This document shows positions 51,615 through 64,000 of a DNA stretch of 64,000 bases, one piece after another; within the stretch, counting starts at the first letter, position 1; every line of letters begins with the position of its first letter. The position numbers were made by a program, and so were the translations under genes. Source of the DNA: Malacoraja senta (lineage: Eukaryota); contig CM075995.1 of the NCBI GenBank assembly GCA_038087875.1, positions 6,202,001 to 6,266,000 on the forward strand. Reading direction: 5' to 3'. The notes below the pieces were generated by a model. That model had not been told where the DNA came from. It did no database searches and saw only the letters and a program-made list of their open reading frames with translations.

Positions 51615-52605
51615 ATAGAAACATAGAAAATAGGTGCAGGAAAGGGCCATTTGGCCCTTCGAGCCAGCCGCCATTCATTGTGATCATGGCTGATCATCCA
51701 TAATCAGTAACCCATGCCTGCCTTCTCCCTATATCCCGTGATTCCGCTAGCCGCAAGAGCTTTATCTAACTCTCTTTTAAATTCATCCAGTCAATTGGCC
51801 TCTACTGCTTTCTGTGGCAGAGAATTCCACAAATCACAACTCTCTGGGTGAAAAAGTTTTTTCTCATCTCAGTTTTAAATGGCCTCCCTTTTATTCTTAG
51901 ACTGGGGCCCCTGGTTCTGGACTCCCCAACATTGGGACCATTTTTCCTGCACCTAGCTTGTCTAGACCTTTTATAATTTTATATGTTTCTATAAGATGCC
52001 CTCTCATCCTTCTAAATTCCAGTGAATACAAGTCCAGTCTTTCCAATCTTTTCTCACATGACAGTCCCGCCATCCCGGGGATGAACCTTGTGCACCTATG
52101 CTCTACTCCCTCAATAGCAAGGATGTCCTTCCTCAAATTAGGAGACCAAAACTGCACACAATACTCCAGATGTGGCCTCGCCAGGGCCCTGCACAACTGC
52201 AGAAGGACCTCTTTACTCCGATACTCAAATCCTCTCGTTATGAACATGCCATTAGCTTTCTTCACTATCTGCGGTACCTGCATGTTTACTTTCAGTGGCT
52301 GGTGTACAAGGACACCCAGGTCTCTTTGCACTTCTCTTTTTCCAAATCTGACACCATTGAGATAATAATCTGCCTCCTTGTTCTTGCCGCCAAAGTGAAT
52401 AACCTCACATTTATCTACATTATACTGCATTTGCCATGCATCTGCCCACTCACTCAACCGTCCAAGTAAGCCTGCAATCTGCAATCATCGTCTTCACAGT
52501 TCACACTGCCACCCAGCTTTGTGTCATCTGCAAATTTGCTAGTGTTACTTTTAATTCCATCATCTAAATTATTAATATATATTGTAAATAGTTGCGGTCC
52601 CAGCA
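51615..52605 (-). mobile_element. CR1 3' portion, joined at ~52605 to an oppositely oriented upstream CR1 segment
   Basis: ORF 51897-52484. A plus-strand upstream ORF2 segment runs 52606-52854 and resumes at 56778-57140. Confidence 0.85.
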
Positions 52606-53043
52606 TCTAAAGGGAGTAAGAGGCAACCATGGCTGATAAGGGAAGTTAGGGATGGAATAAAACTAAAAGAAAAAGTGTATAACATAGCAAACAGTAGCGG
52701 AAGCCAGAGGATTTGGAAACTTTCAAAGGGCAACAGAAGGTAACAAAACGGGCAATATGGGGTAAAAAGTTGAAGTACGAGGGTAAGCTGTCCAAGTATA
52801 TAAAGGATATTAAAAGCTTCTTTAGGTATGGTAAGAGAAAAAGATTAGTAAAGATTAAGGCTTTGGACACGCTAGAGGCAGGAAACATGTTCCCGATGTA
52901 GGGGGAGTCCAGAACCAGGGGCCACAGTTTAAGAATAAGCCATTTAGAACGGAGACAAGGAAAAACTTTTTCACACAGAGAGTTGTGAGTATGTGGAATT
53001 CTCTGCCTCAGAGGGCGGTGGAGGCTGGTTCTCTGGATGCTTT

Positions 53044-56000
53044 TTTATTTTTTATTTTTTATTTTTTATTTTTATTTATTTTTTATTTTTATTAGAAGTA
53101 AGTACAATTGTATACAATCATATTTTCATAATACATTTTATGTACAGCTTCTTATTTTTTTAATTTTGTAATAAAGAAGAAAAAGAAAAAGAAGTTAGAT
53201 AATGAAGAATAGAAAAATGTGAGATATATAGTGTGTGAAAAAGAAAAATAGAGAGTGAAAAAAGAAAGTTAAGAAATAGAAAATAGAAGAAAAAGAGTAA
53301 AAGAAGAAAAGAGAAGAAAAGAAAAGAGAAGTAAGGAGATCGTATTTATAATCTTGACCATTCCTCACCCAGTCACGGATTAGCTTTTACACTTGTGTTG
53401 CACCATATGTTTCCAAAAAGACGACAAATGGAGACCAACTCGTTATGAATTGGTCAAATTTATCTATTAGGAGGAATCGCCTTTCCTCAAAATGTGCGGT
53501 ATCCAACATACTTGCAATCCACATTTTGAGCGTTGGTATTGGTGTATTTTTCCAAAATTTCAATATTAATTTTTTTGCTATTATTAAACCATAATTAAAA
53601 AATAACTTTTGAGATGGGTTCAATTTGTTCCCATCTTCCATTACCCCAAATATAATCAATTCATTATTGGGTTCCATTTTTGTCTTAAATAATTTTGTGA
53701 ATATTTTGAAAATATCACTCCAAAATTCATGAAGTTTTATACAAGAAACAAAAGAGTGTGTTATAGTTGCGTCTTGGGTTAAACATTTATCACAAATGGG
53801 GGATATATTTGGATAAAATTTATTTAATCTTGTTTTTGAGTAATATAATCTATGTAAAATTTTAAATTGAATTAGATTATGTCTTGCGTTAATCGAACAT
53901 TTGTGAATGTATGTCAAATACTTTTCCCATGTAGCCTTCGTAATTTTTATCAATAATTCCCATTCCCACTCTTCTCTAATTACCTCGGTCGCAGGTAAAT
54001 CTATATTTAAGATACTATTATATAAATATGATATTAATTTTTGTGTATCAGCTTTAATATTCATTACTTCTTCTAGTAAATCAGGAGTTATTTTTTAATC
54101 TCCCTGTATGTATGTCTTCAAGAAATTGCAAATCTGAAAATATTTAAAATAATGAGTGTTTTTCAATTTAAATTTTAATTGTAATTGTTGAAATGATAGT
54201 AAATCTCCCATTTCATACATATCCCCGATCCTTTTAATTCCTAAACTTTCCCATTGATTATATATTTTATCCATCATAGATGGTTTAAATAAAGGATTAT
54301 TCGCTATCGGTGTTAACAATGATAGGTTTCTTAGTTTTAAGGATAATTTTATTTGTTTCCATATTCTTATTGTATCTTGTATAATTGGGTTTTTCTTATA
54401 TATTGTATTGTTCATTTTTTTCGGGGAGAAGAGGATTGTTCCTATATTACAAGGATAACAATCCTCTTTCTCCATTTCTATCCATTCTGTCTGTTGGGTT
54501 GAACTATCCAACCAATAAATTATATTCTTAATATGTATTGCCCAATAGTAATACAAAAAATTTGGGAGTGAAAGTCCCCCGACATCTTTTGGTTTACATA
54601 AGTGTTCTTTTTTAATTCTATGTGATTTATAATCCCAAACAAAATTAGTAATGTTAGCATTCAGTTTAGAAAAAAAATATTTTGGTACATATACTGGTAT
54701 AGATTGAAATAGGTATAATAACTGTGGTAGAAAGCTCATTTTAATAGCATTTATTCTGCCTATTAATGATAAAGGAAGTGTTTTCCAAAATTTAATCATT
54801 ATATTAAGTTTATTTATTAAGGGTATAAAATTGGCGTTGAATAAAGCTTTATGTTTTCTAGTAATCTGTATACCCAGATATTTAAATTTTTCTGTTGCTA
54901 TTTTAAAGGGGAATTTCAATAAGTGTTTAGATTCTTGAGGTTTTAACGTCATAATTTCACTTTTGTTCCAATTTATTCTATATCCAGAAAAGGACCCAAA
55001 TTATTAAATTGAATAAATTTGGTATGCTCGTTTGTGAATTTGTTATATATAACAGAATATCGTCTGCATACAATGAAATTTTATTATTTGAGTCCCTAGT
55101 ATTATAACCCTGAATATTCGGATGGCTTCTTATACTTTCAGCCAGAGGTTCTATCATAAGGGCAAATAGCAGGGGTGATAAAGCACATCCCTGCCTATTA
55201 CCCCTTGATAATTGAAATTTTTGAGATAACATGCTGTTAGTTAATATTCTTGCCATCGGTTTATCATATAATAATTTCACCCATGCAATAAAGTTCTCCC
55301 CCATATTAAATTTTTATAATACTTTGTATAAATACTGCCATTCTACCTGATCAAATGCTTTCTCTGCGTCCAAAGAAATAATTGATAAGTCTTCTTCCTC
55401 CACTTTATGTGAGTACATTATATTAAACAGGCGTCTCAAATTATTAAATGAATATCTTTTGGGTATAAACCCCGTTTGATCAGGGATTATCAATTTACTA
55501 ATATATTTGCTTAGTCTTCTGGCTAAAGTCTTTGCTAGGATTTTCTGATCTGTATTTAAAAGTGGTATAGCTCTATATAAGCCCAGTTCCTCTAGATCTT
55601 TATCTTTCTTTGGAATAAGCGTAATAGTTGATTCTGCTAATGTTTCAGGTAATTTATTTTCTTTAAAAACGTAAGTATATAAATTAAATAGATAGGGGGT
55701 CTTTATCTCATGAAATTTTTTATAAAATTCATTACTAAAACCATCTGGTCCCGGTGTCTTACCATTTTTCAACGATTTTATTGTTTCACCTATTTCTTCG
55801 ATTGTAATTTGCGCTCCTAGTTCTTCTTGTTTCAAAAGGTCAAGTTTTGGTAGATTACAGTTATCTAAAATTTTTTAAATTTTACTATCTTCTGTTTTGG
55901 TTTTTGATGTGTATAAATTTTGATAAAATTGAACAAATCTTTTATTAATATCTTTAGGTAGTGTTAGTAATTCACCATTATCGGATTTAATTTTATTTAT

Positions 56001-56591
56001 AGTATTTTCCTTTTCCTGTTTTTTCAGTTGACGAGCCAACAGCTTATGTGGTTTGTCACCAAACTCAAAATGTTCCTGTTTTGTAATTTGGAATAATCTT
56101 ATTACTCTTGCAGAGAGAATTCGGTTAAGTTTAAATTTCAGTAGTATTATCTTATTATGTTTATCTATAGTGGGATCTTTAGCATTGTCTAACTCTAACT
56201 GTCTTATTTCTTGTTCTAACCACATTTGTTCTGTTTTATTCTTCTTATTTTGAAAAATTTCATATGAAATTATAATTCCTCTAATAAATGCTTTAAGTTT
56301 CCCATAGTAAAGAAGGTGAGGTACCTGGTGTATCATTTATCTCAAAAAATAATTTCATTTGTTGTTTCAAGTATTGATAACCCTGTAAATCATTTAATAT
56401 ATGTGTATTAAACCTCCAAAAATTTTTACTGAAAAAGTCAACGGAGAGTGATCAGAAATACTACTAATATGGTATGTTGGGTTAATTGTATATGGCATTA
56501 ATTTCCTATCCACTAAAAAATAATCAATTCTTGAATATGTTTTATATACCGAAGAGTAAAACAAATATTCCCTTCCTGCTGGATTAGCAGA
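53044..56591 (-). mobile_element. 5'-truncated L1-clade LINE (ORF2 with frameshifts) with poly(A)-like tail
   Basis: SRIDYF/SDHSP (endonuclease end), LDAEKAFD, RQGCALSPLLF, YADD, CDKC..H..C knuckle. T-rich tail at ~53041-53092. Flanked by a 39-42-bp direct repeat. Confidence 0.93.
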
Positions 56592-57962
56592 TCTGCCTCA
56601 GAGGGCGGTGGAGGCTGGTTCTCTGGATGCTTTCAAGAGAGAGCTAGACAGAGCTCCAAAAGATAGCAGAGTCAAGGGATATGGGGAGAAGGCAGGATGA
56701 TCAGCCATGATCACATTGAATGGCGGTGCTGGCTCGAGGGGCCGAATGGCCTACTCCTGCACCTATTGTCTGTTGTCTAAAGACAAATGTAGGTCCCTTG
56801 AAGGCAGAAACAAGTGATATTATTATGGGGAACAAGGAAATGGCAGAAGAGTTGAACAGGTACTTTGGTTCTGTCCATCAAGGAAGACACAAACAATCTC
56901 CCAGATGTACTAGAGGACAGATGATCTAGGGAGATAGAGGAACTGAAATAAATTTGCATTAAGCGAGAAATAGTATTGGGTAGACTGATGGGACAGAAGG
57001 CTGATAAATCCCCAGGGCCTGATGGTCTGCAGCCCAGGGTACTCAAGGAGGTGACTCTAGAAATCGTGGACGTATTCGTGATCATTTTCCAATGTTCTAT
57101 AGATTCAAGATCAGTTCCTGTGGATTGGAGGGTAGCCAATATCCTTGCTATTGAGGCAGTGCAGCGTAGGTTCACGAGGTTAATCCCTGGGATGGAGGGA
57201 CTGTCATATGAGGAAAGATTGGAAAGACTGGGCTTGTATTCACTGGAATTTAGAAGGATGAGAGGGTATCTTATAGAGACAAGGTCTAAAAGCTAGATGC
57301 AGGAAAAATGTTCCCAATGTTGGGGGAGTCCAGAACCAGGGGCCACAGACTAAGAATAAAGGGGAGGCCATTTAAAACTGAGATGAGAAAAAAACTTTTT
57401 CACCCAGAGAGTTGAGAAGGCAGGCACGGGTTATTGATTGTGGATGATCAGCCATGATCACAATGAATGGCGGTGCTGGCCCAAAGGGCCAAATGGCCTC
57501 TCCTGCACCTATTTTCTATGTTTCCACTCGCCACTGCCTGCCATTCTGACAGGGACCCAGGCATGTTGGCCTTCATTGCGAGAGGATTTGAGTTTAAGAG
57601 CAAGGAGATCCTACTGCAGTTGTACAGGGCCCTGGTGAGACCACACATGGAGTATTTGGTGCAGTTTTGGTCTCCTAATTTGAGGAAGGACATTAGTGAT
57701 GTTGAGGGAGTGCAGCATAGGTTCACCAGGTTAATTACCGCGATGGCACGACTGACATATGATGAAAGAATTGGTCGACTGGGCTTGTATTCACTGGAAT
57801 TTAGAAGGATGAGTGGAGATCTTATAAAAACATAAAATTCTTAAAGGATTGGACGTTAGATTTTACCACTGATTTTAGATGATCAGCCATGATCATATTG
57901 AATGGCGGTGCCGGCATGAAGGGCCGAATGGCCTACTCCCGCATCTATTTTTCTATGTTTCT
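56592..57962 (+). mobile_element. Cluster of CR1 fragments
   Basis: KSPGPDG, LVRPHMEY motifs and three separate 3' tails. Confidence 0.8.
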
Positions 57963-57964
57963 TA

Positions 57965-58520
57965 CAAACTTCTTTAAATGCACCATAGAAAGCATACTCC
58001 TGGGTCTCCTCACAGCTTGGATTAGGGACAGCTTTGCCTAAGACCACAAGAAATTGCAGAGAGTTATAGGTGTAGCCCAGTCTATCACACAGATTAGACT
58101 TCCCACCATTGACTCCATCTACACTTAATTCGGAAAAGCAGCCAACATCAAAAGAACTGTACCACCCTGGTCATTCCTTCCTCTCCAGCTCTTGTTTGGC
58201 AGAAGGTACAGAAGCTTGAATGCACATAGCACTAGACTCAGGAACAGCATCTTCCCTTCTGTTATCAAGCTTCTGAACGGTCCTTCCATAAGCTAGAGTA
58301 CAGTCTGATTCACCTCAACCCCATTGTGGTTATTGGACTTTGTCTACAGAACTGATGTGCTACATTGCTGGGAACTATATTCTGCACCCTTTACTCTATC
58401 AATTGTACTTGAGTTTGACTTGATTGTATTTATGTATGGCATATCTGATCTGTTAGATAGCATGCAAAACTAAGCTTTTCACTGCTTCTTGGTACATGTG
58501 ACAATAAACCTAAACCTAAA
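57965..58520 (+). mobile_element. Rex1-type LINE 3' fragment
   Basis: CTIESIL and LQRV..VAQSI remnants; acaataaacctaaa tail. Confidence 0.65.
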
Positions 58521-59381
58521 TAACTCTTTCCAAGAATTGGTCCCTAACCTAACATATCGAATGGTTTCTTCATGTGCCGTAAGATTCTGAGAAAAATTAT
58601 CTTTTGAAATTGAAATGACAGGACCTTGCTACAGGAGCTAAAATTAATAGGGAAATTATGCAAGTTAGAAACCAATAAAATTGACACTTGATCTGAAAAT
58701 ACAGCTCAGAAACAGCAAACTATTAATAATTTGATCCAGTTTTCAAGATTGAAAATAGGTTTGTTAACATTAGTACTTTACCTCATTTATGCTTTTATCC
58801 CTCCAGAATACAAACTCCTTTCCCCCATTCAGTGACCTTAATTATATCACAGATATGCAATGTTGAAAATTCTATATAAAGATATCCTTATTAACAACTC
58901 TCCTAAATTAATCCTTCACTCCTCTAAACTCTTAAGCTTGTTGCCATGTGGTATCTTCACTTTCATTGCACACATAAGCACATTGCACTGGAAGGTCCAC
59001 CAGACATTGCTAAAATCCTTTTTAGCTTCTAAAACTAAAACACAAATGCACAAAGTAACTGGTACTATAACATTTAAGAGACATTTCAACAGTTACAGGG
59101 ATAGGATAGTTTTAGAAGGTTATGGGCCAAGTGCTGGCAGTTGGGACTAGTGTAGATGGGGAATATTGGTCGGCGTGGGCAAGATGAGCAGAAGGGACTG
59201 TTTTTATGCTGTATGGACTCTAACAGGAGAGTTAAAATAACATTGGGTGCAATTAGAGACAACAATTTACAATTAATAATAGATGGAAAGGAAAAGCTGG
59301 CATCAATTAAAGTTAAAGAAATCATCCAATCCAGATTCAGACTGTTAAGGGAAGCAAATGGATAGAGATTCATGGGATTCC

Positions 59382-62300
59382 CTGTCCCACGGAAATGATT
59401 TCCACATACATCGACTCCATCCTATCCAGGGCTCGAAATTAGCGGTTGCCCGGGTGCCACTGACCACTCAAAGCGCCGCCGGGCAACCTAAACACCGAGT
59501 CATTTTGCCCGGCTTGGCAACCAGATGCTGGTTTGTACCGAAGTTAGACACAAAAAACTGGAGTAACTCCGCGGGTCAGGCAGCATCTCTGGAGAAAAGG
59601 AACTCAGCGTTTCGTGTCGGCTTTGCGGGGCAAAGATACTAGGTGCGGGGTGAAGAAGGGTCGGAGCGAATGATGGGCCCTGAACAGCGGCAGCAGCGGC
59701 CGCGACAGCGGCTCCATCTCCTCCTCCTCCCGCCTCCCGTCTCCCGCCCGCCCTGATAAGGGCCTCTGCTTGTAAATCCGCTAACCGCGCTATCAAAACA
59801 AACCCTCCCGCACGCCGAGGCAGGGGGAAGGGAGGGAGGGGCCCTCGGCGTGCAGGAGGGTTTGTTTTGCGCCGTTCTCGGATTTACAAGCAGAGGCCCT
59901 TATCAGGGCGGGCGGGGTGCGGGAGGAGGAGGAGATGGAGCCGCTATCGCGGCCGCTGCTGCCGCTGTTCTGGGCCCGTCATTCACTCCGACTCGTCTGA
60001 AGCAGCTGCACCAAAGATCTTATAGCTATAGGATCTCTGAGCTGCACCGCTCGGCCCCGCACGTTGCTGTTGGCTGGCGGAGGAGGGAGGCGGTGGCGAG
60101 GAGTTCCCAACGGCCAAGGCAGCGGGGCGATGTTGTCCGAGGAGCGCTGACCTTCCTTCCTGCCCACCTCGCCCCCCCTCTCTCTCTCTCTTGTACGCCC
60201 CCTCCACCCCCTTATCCTGGGACCCCTCCACTCCATCCCGCACTGATCCCCATTCCCGCCTCTATTCAGTCCTCACTGACATCCCGTGCTCCCCTCCACA
60301 TCTACCCCCCCCCCATCTATTCATCCTGTGCTGATCACCCTATCCACCTCACATTGATTCTCCTGCCACCCCCCCCCCCATCCATCCTACACTGGTTCCT
60401 CAATTCACCCTGTACTTACCCCTTTCCCATCCATCCTGCACTTCTCCTCCATCCATCCTGCACAGACCCTCCGATCCACACTGTACTGACCCTCCCATTC
60501 ATCCTGCGCTGATCTCCCCCCCCCCCATCCATCCTGTACTGATCCTCCCATTCAAGAAGAATGGGGGGTACAGTCTGAAGAAGGGTCTCGACCGGAAACG
60601 TTGCCTATTTCCTTCGCTCCATAGATGCTGCCTCACCCGCTGAGTTTCTCCAGCACTTTTGTCTACCCCCATCCATCCCGTACTGAACCCCCCCATTCAA
60701 CACCACTGACATCCCCGGTGCTCTCCCCTCACAATGTTACCTACTCCAACCAACACGTACTAATTCACCTGCCTCAATCCATCCATTCTGCACCGACTAC
60801 CTTCTAACCCTCCCCCCCCCCACCCCCACCATCTATCCACCCTGCACTGATTCACACACACACCCTCCCTGACCCTATTGTGCTGGAAATGTCTTCAGAG
60901 CGAACATTGACTATGTTTGATAATGGAATGCAATCAAATGTGTTTTAATTCCCAATGTTATTATTTGTTTTAATCCATAAAGATGGATTAATTAAATTGT
61001 GAACACGTGAAACATTAAAACCGCAGTGTTCGATTGTCACTGCTGCCATTGACACGTTATTACAGAATTCATTTTAACGGCAAATCAATGCTCTTAATAT
61101 GGAGTATCAGTACTGTAGTTATTTAATGACAACATTCACAACTATACGTACGCATATATGTTACCATGGTCCAGGATTTATTGACACAGGTTGATCATAC
61201 GCTGAATAATCCAACCACATTTTTGTTTGGAAGTGGAAAGAACTAATAGAAATTGCATTAATTGCAATGTGTAAAAAGAGTTGAGATACTGTCTTATAAT
61301 TTGGCTGCATGTCATTGTGGGATATATCATGTCTTGATTGGTGAATATGTTTAGTTTGTGACTTTATTTGAAGCAGAAATAATATGTGAATGCTTCATTG
61401 AGTATAATTCCGACTGGTAACTACGCACTTCGTCCGAGCACATTATCGCACGCATCATGCAAGCCATCTTAAATTACCACCTAAACTGTCATTTGGCAAC
61501 CTAAAAAGCTGCCAAGGTTGCCCGGCTGGCAACAGGGAAAAAAAGTTAAGCGAGAGCCCTGCTATCCCCCCTGGTCCAATCTCTCCCGATCCATGTCCAA
61601 GATACCTCACATGCCTTTTGTCTCTTTAATGACATGCTTTCCGAGCCCCCACTCCCTAATCTGTACTATGGACTTTCAGTCACTGTACACCTCCACCGCC
61701 TTGCAGCCCTCAGTTTCTTCCTCGACCGCAGAACCATCCAATTTCCCTCCACTAACACTCTACTCCGCCTACTTGATCCACACCCTCAACAACTTCTCCT
61801 TTGACTCCTCCCACTTCCTCCGTCCAAGGCGCAGCTATGGGCACCCGCATGGGCCCCAGCTAAACCTGCCTCTTTCTAGGGTACGTTGAACAATCCGTGT
61901 TCCAGACGTACACTGGCCCTATCCCCAAACTCTATCTCCATTACATTAATGCCTGCATTGGTGCTATCTCCTGCACCCATGCAGAACTCATGGACTTCAT
62001 CAACTTCATCACCAATTTTCATCCTGCACTCAAATTTACTTCGACCATCTCCGATACCTCCCTCCCCTTTCTTGATCCCACAGTCTCCATTACAAGAAAC
62101 AGACTATTGACTGACATCTGTTACAAACCCACTGACCCACAACTATCTCGACTAAACTTCTTCCCACCCTGCTTCCTGCAAAGACTCTATCCCCTACTCC
62201 CAATTCCTCCGTTCTACCCCGCATCTGCGTCCAAGATGAGATGTTCCATACCAGAACATCCAAGATGCCCTCATTCTTTAGGAAACGGGGGTTCCCCTCT

Positions 62301-62445
62301 CCCATCATAGATGAGGCCCTCACTCGTGTCTCCTCGGTACCTCGCAGCTCCGCCCTAGCTCCCCCTCTCCCCAGTCGTAACAAAGACAGAGTTCCCCTGG
62401 TCCTTACCTTCCACCCCATCAGCCATCGCATGCAACACATAATAG
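59382..62445 (+). mobile_element. Penelope-like RT fragment split by the TIR element
   Basis: CPTEMISTYIDSILSPLVQSLP, TMDFQSLYT, FHPALKFT, YKPTD and PLVLTFHP motifs. Confidence 0.82.
59427..61561. mobile_element. Non-autonomous TIR transposon (CAGGGCTC ends) with exact 5-bp TSD and GC-rich cargo
   Basis: CTATC at 59422-59426 and 61562-61566. Removing the element and one TSD copy restores the Penelope RT frame (DSILSPLVQ). Subterminal ggttgcccgg/ggcaacc motifs. Confidence 0.88.
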
Positions 62446-64000
62446 AAACATAGAAACATAGAAAATAGGTGCAGGAGTAGGCCATTCGGCCCTTCGATCC
62501 TGCACCGCCATTCAATATGATCATGCCTGATCATCCAACTCAGTATCCCGTACCTGCCTTCGCTCCATACCCCCTGATCCCTTTAGCCACAAGGGCCATA
62601 TCTAACTCCCTCTTAAATATAGCCAATGAACTGGCCTCAACTACCTTCTGTGGCAGAGAGTTCCAGAGATTCACCACTCTCTGTGTGAAAAAAGTTTTTC
62701 TCATCTCGGTCCTAAAGGATTTCCCCTCTATCCTTAAGCTGGACTGGACTTCCCCAACATCGGGAACAATCTACCTGCATCTAACCTGTCCAACCCCTTG
62801 AGAATTTTGTAAGTTTCTATACAATCCCCCCTCAATCTCCTAAATTCCAGCGAGTATAAGCCAAGTCTATCCAGTCTTCCTTCATATGAAAGTCCTGACA
62901 TCCCAGGAATCAGTCTGGTGAACCTTCTCTGCACCCCCTCTATGGCTATAATGTCCTTCCTCAGATTTGGAGACCAAAACTGTACGCAATACTCCAGGTG
63001 TGGTCTCACCAAGACCTTGTACAACTGCAGTAGAACCTCCCTGCTCCTACACTCAAATCCTCTTGCTATGAAGGCCAACATACCATTCGCTTTCTTCACT
63101 GCCTGCTGCACCTGCATGCCCACTCTCAATGACTGGTGCACCATGACACGCAGGTCTCGCTGCATCTCCCCATTTCCTAATCGGCCACCATTTAGATAAT
63201 AGTCTGCCTTCCCGTTTTTTCCACCAAAGTGGACAACCTCACATTTATCCACATTATACTGCATCTGCCAAACATCTGCCCACTCACCCAGCCCATCCAA
63301 GTCACCCTGCAGTCTCCTACCATCCTCCTCACAGCTAACACTGCCCCCCAGCTTAGTGTCATCCGCAAACTTGGAGATGTTGCTTTCAATTCCCTCGTCC
63401 AGTTCAGAACCATTGTTTCTGAATTAACCATGTCACTCTCCATCCTAATGAAGAACTCAACCATATTATGGTCACTCTTGCCCAAGGGGCCACGTACAAC
63501 AAGACTGTTAACTAACCCTTCCTCATTACTCAATACCCAGTCTAGAATAGCCTGCTCTCTCGTTGGTTCCTCTACATGTTGGTTTAGAAAACTATCCCGC
63601 ATACATTCCAAGAAATCCTCTTCCTCAGCACCCCTGCCAATTTGATTCACCCAATCTATATGTAGATTGAAGTCACCCATTATAACTGTTTTACCTTTGT
63701 TGCACGCATTTCTAATTTCCTGTTTGATGCCATCCCCAACTTCACTACTACTGTTAGGTGGCCTGTACACAACACCCACTAGCGTTTTCTGCCCCTTAGT
63801 GTTTCGCAGCTCTACCCATATCGATTCCACATCCTCCAAGCTAATGTCCTTCCTTTCCATTGCGTTAATCTCCTCTCTAACCAGCAACGCTACCCCACCT
63901 CCTTTTCCTTTCTGTCTATCCCTCCTGAATATTGAATATCCCTGGATGTTCAGCTCCCAACCTTGGTCTCCCTGGAGCCATGTCTCCGTGATCCCAACTA
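62445..64000 (-). mobile_element. CR1 with a large internal deletion (endonuclease fused to late RT near 63400); runs off the window
   Basis: GVVYRPP, GDFN and SDH endonuclease motifs are directly followed by the late RT segment and the 3' tail. Confidence 0.9.

Noticed and set aside
50818..51697. Long ORFs across the CT tract and N run
   Set aside because: Low complexity and assembly gap.

Overview
Eukaryotic, repeat-saturated vertebrate DNA. The repeat families suggest a cartilaginous fish, probably a skate or ray (inference). The window appears to lie inside a minus-strand OSBPL10/OSBPL11-type oxysterol-binding protein gene. Only one internal exon is visible (147 nt, 30125-29979), and the ORF track misses it. 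The rest is intron filled with nested transposons: CR1 LINEs (two near full length), a structurally complete DIRS1 tyrosine-recombinase retrotransposon, two Tc1 elements, a 5'-truncated L1, Penelope-like elements and pLTR fragments with hammerhead-ribozyme-like cores, Rex1-type tails, a probable solo LTR and several non-autonomous TIR transposons. There is a 200-N gap at 51373-51572. The most notable signal is that three hAT-like TIR elements carry GC/CpG-rich, gene-like cargo. One cargo is a recognisable pseudogenised TDP2-like first exon with Kozak ATG and splice donor, which suggests Pack-TIR-type gene-fragment capture. All calls are by eye; no database searches were run.
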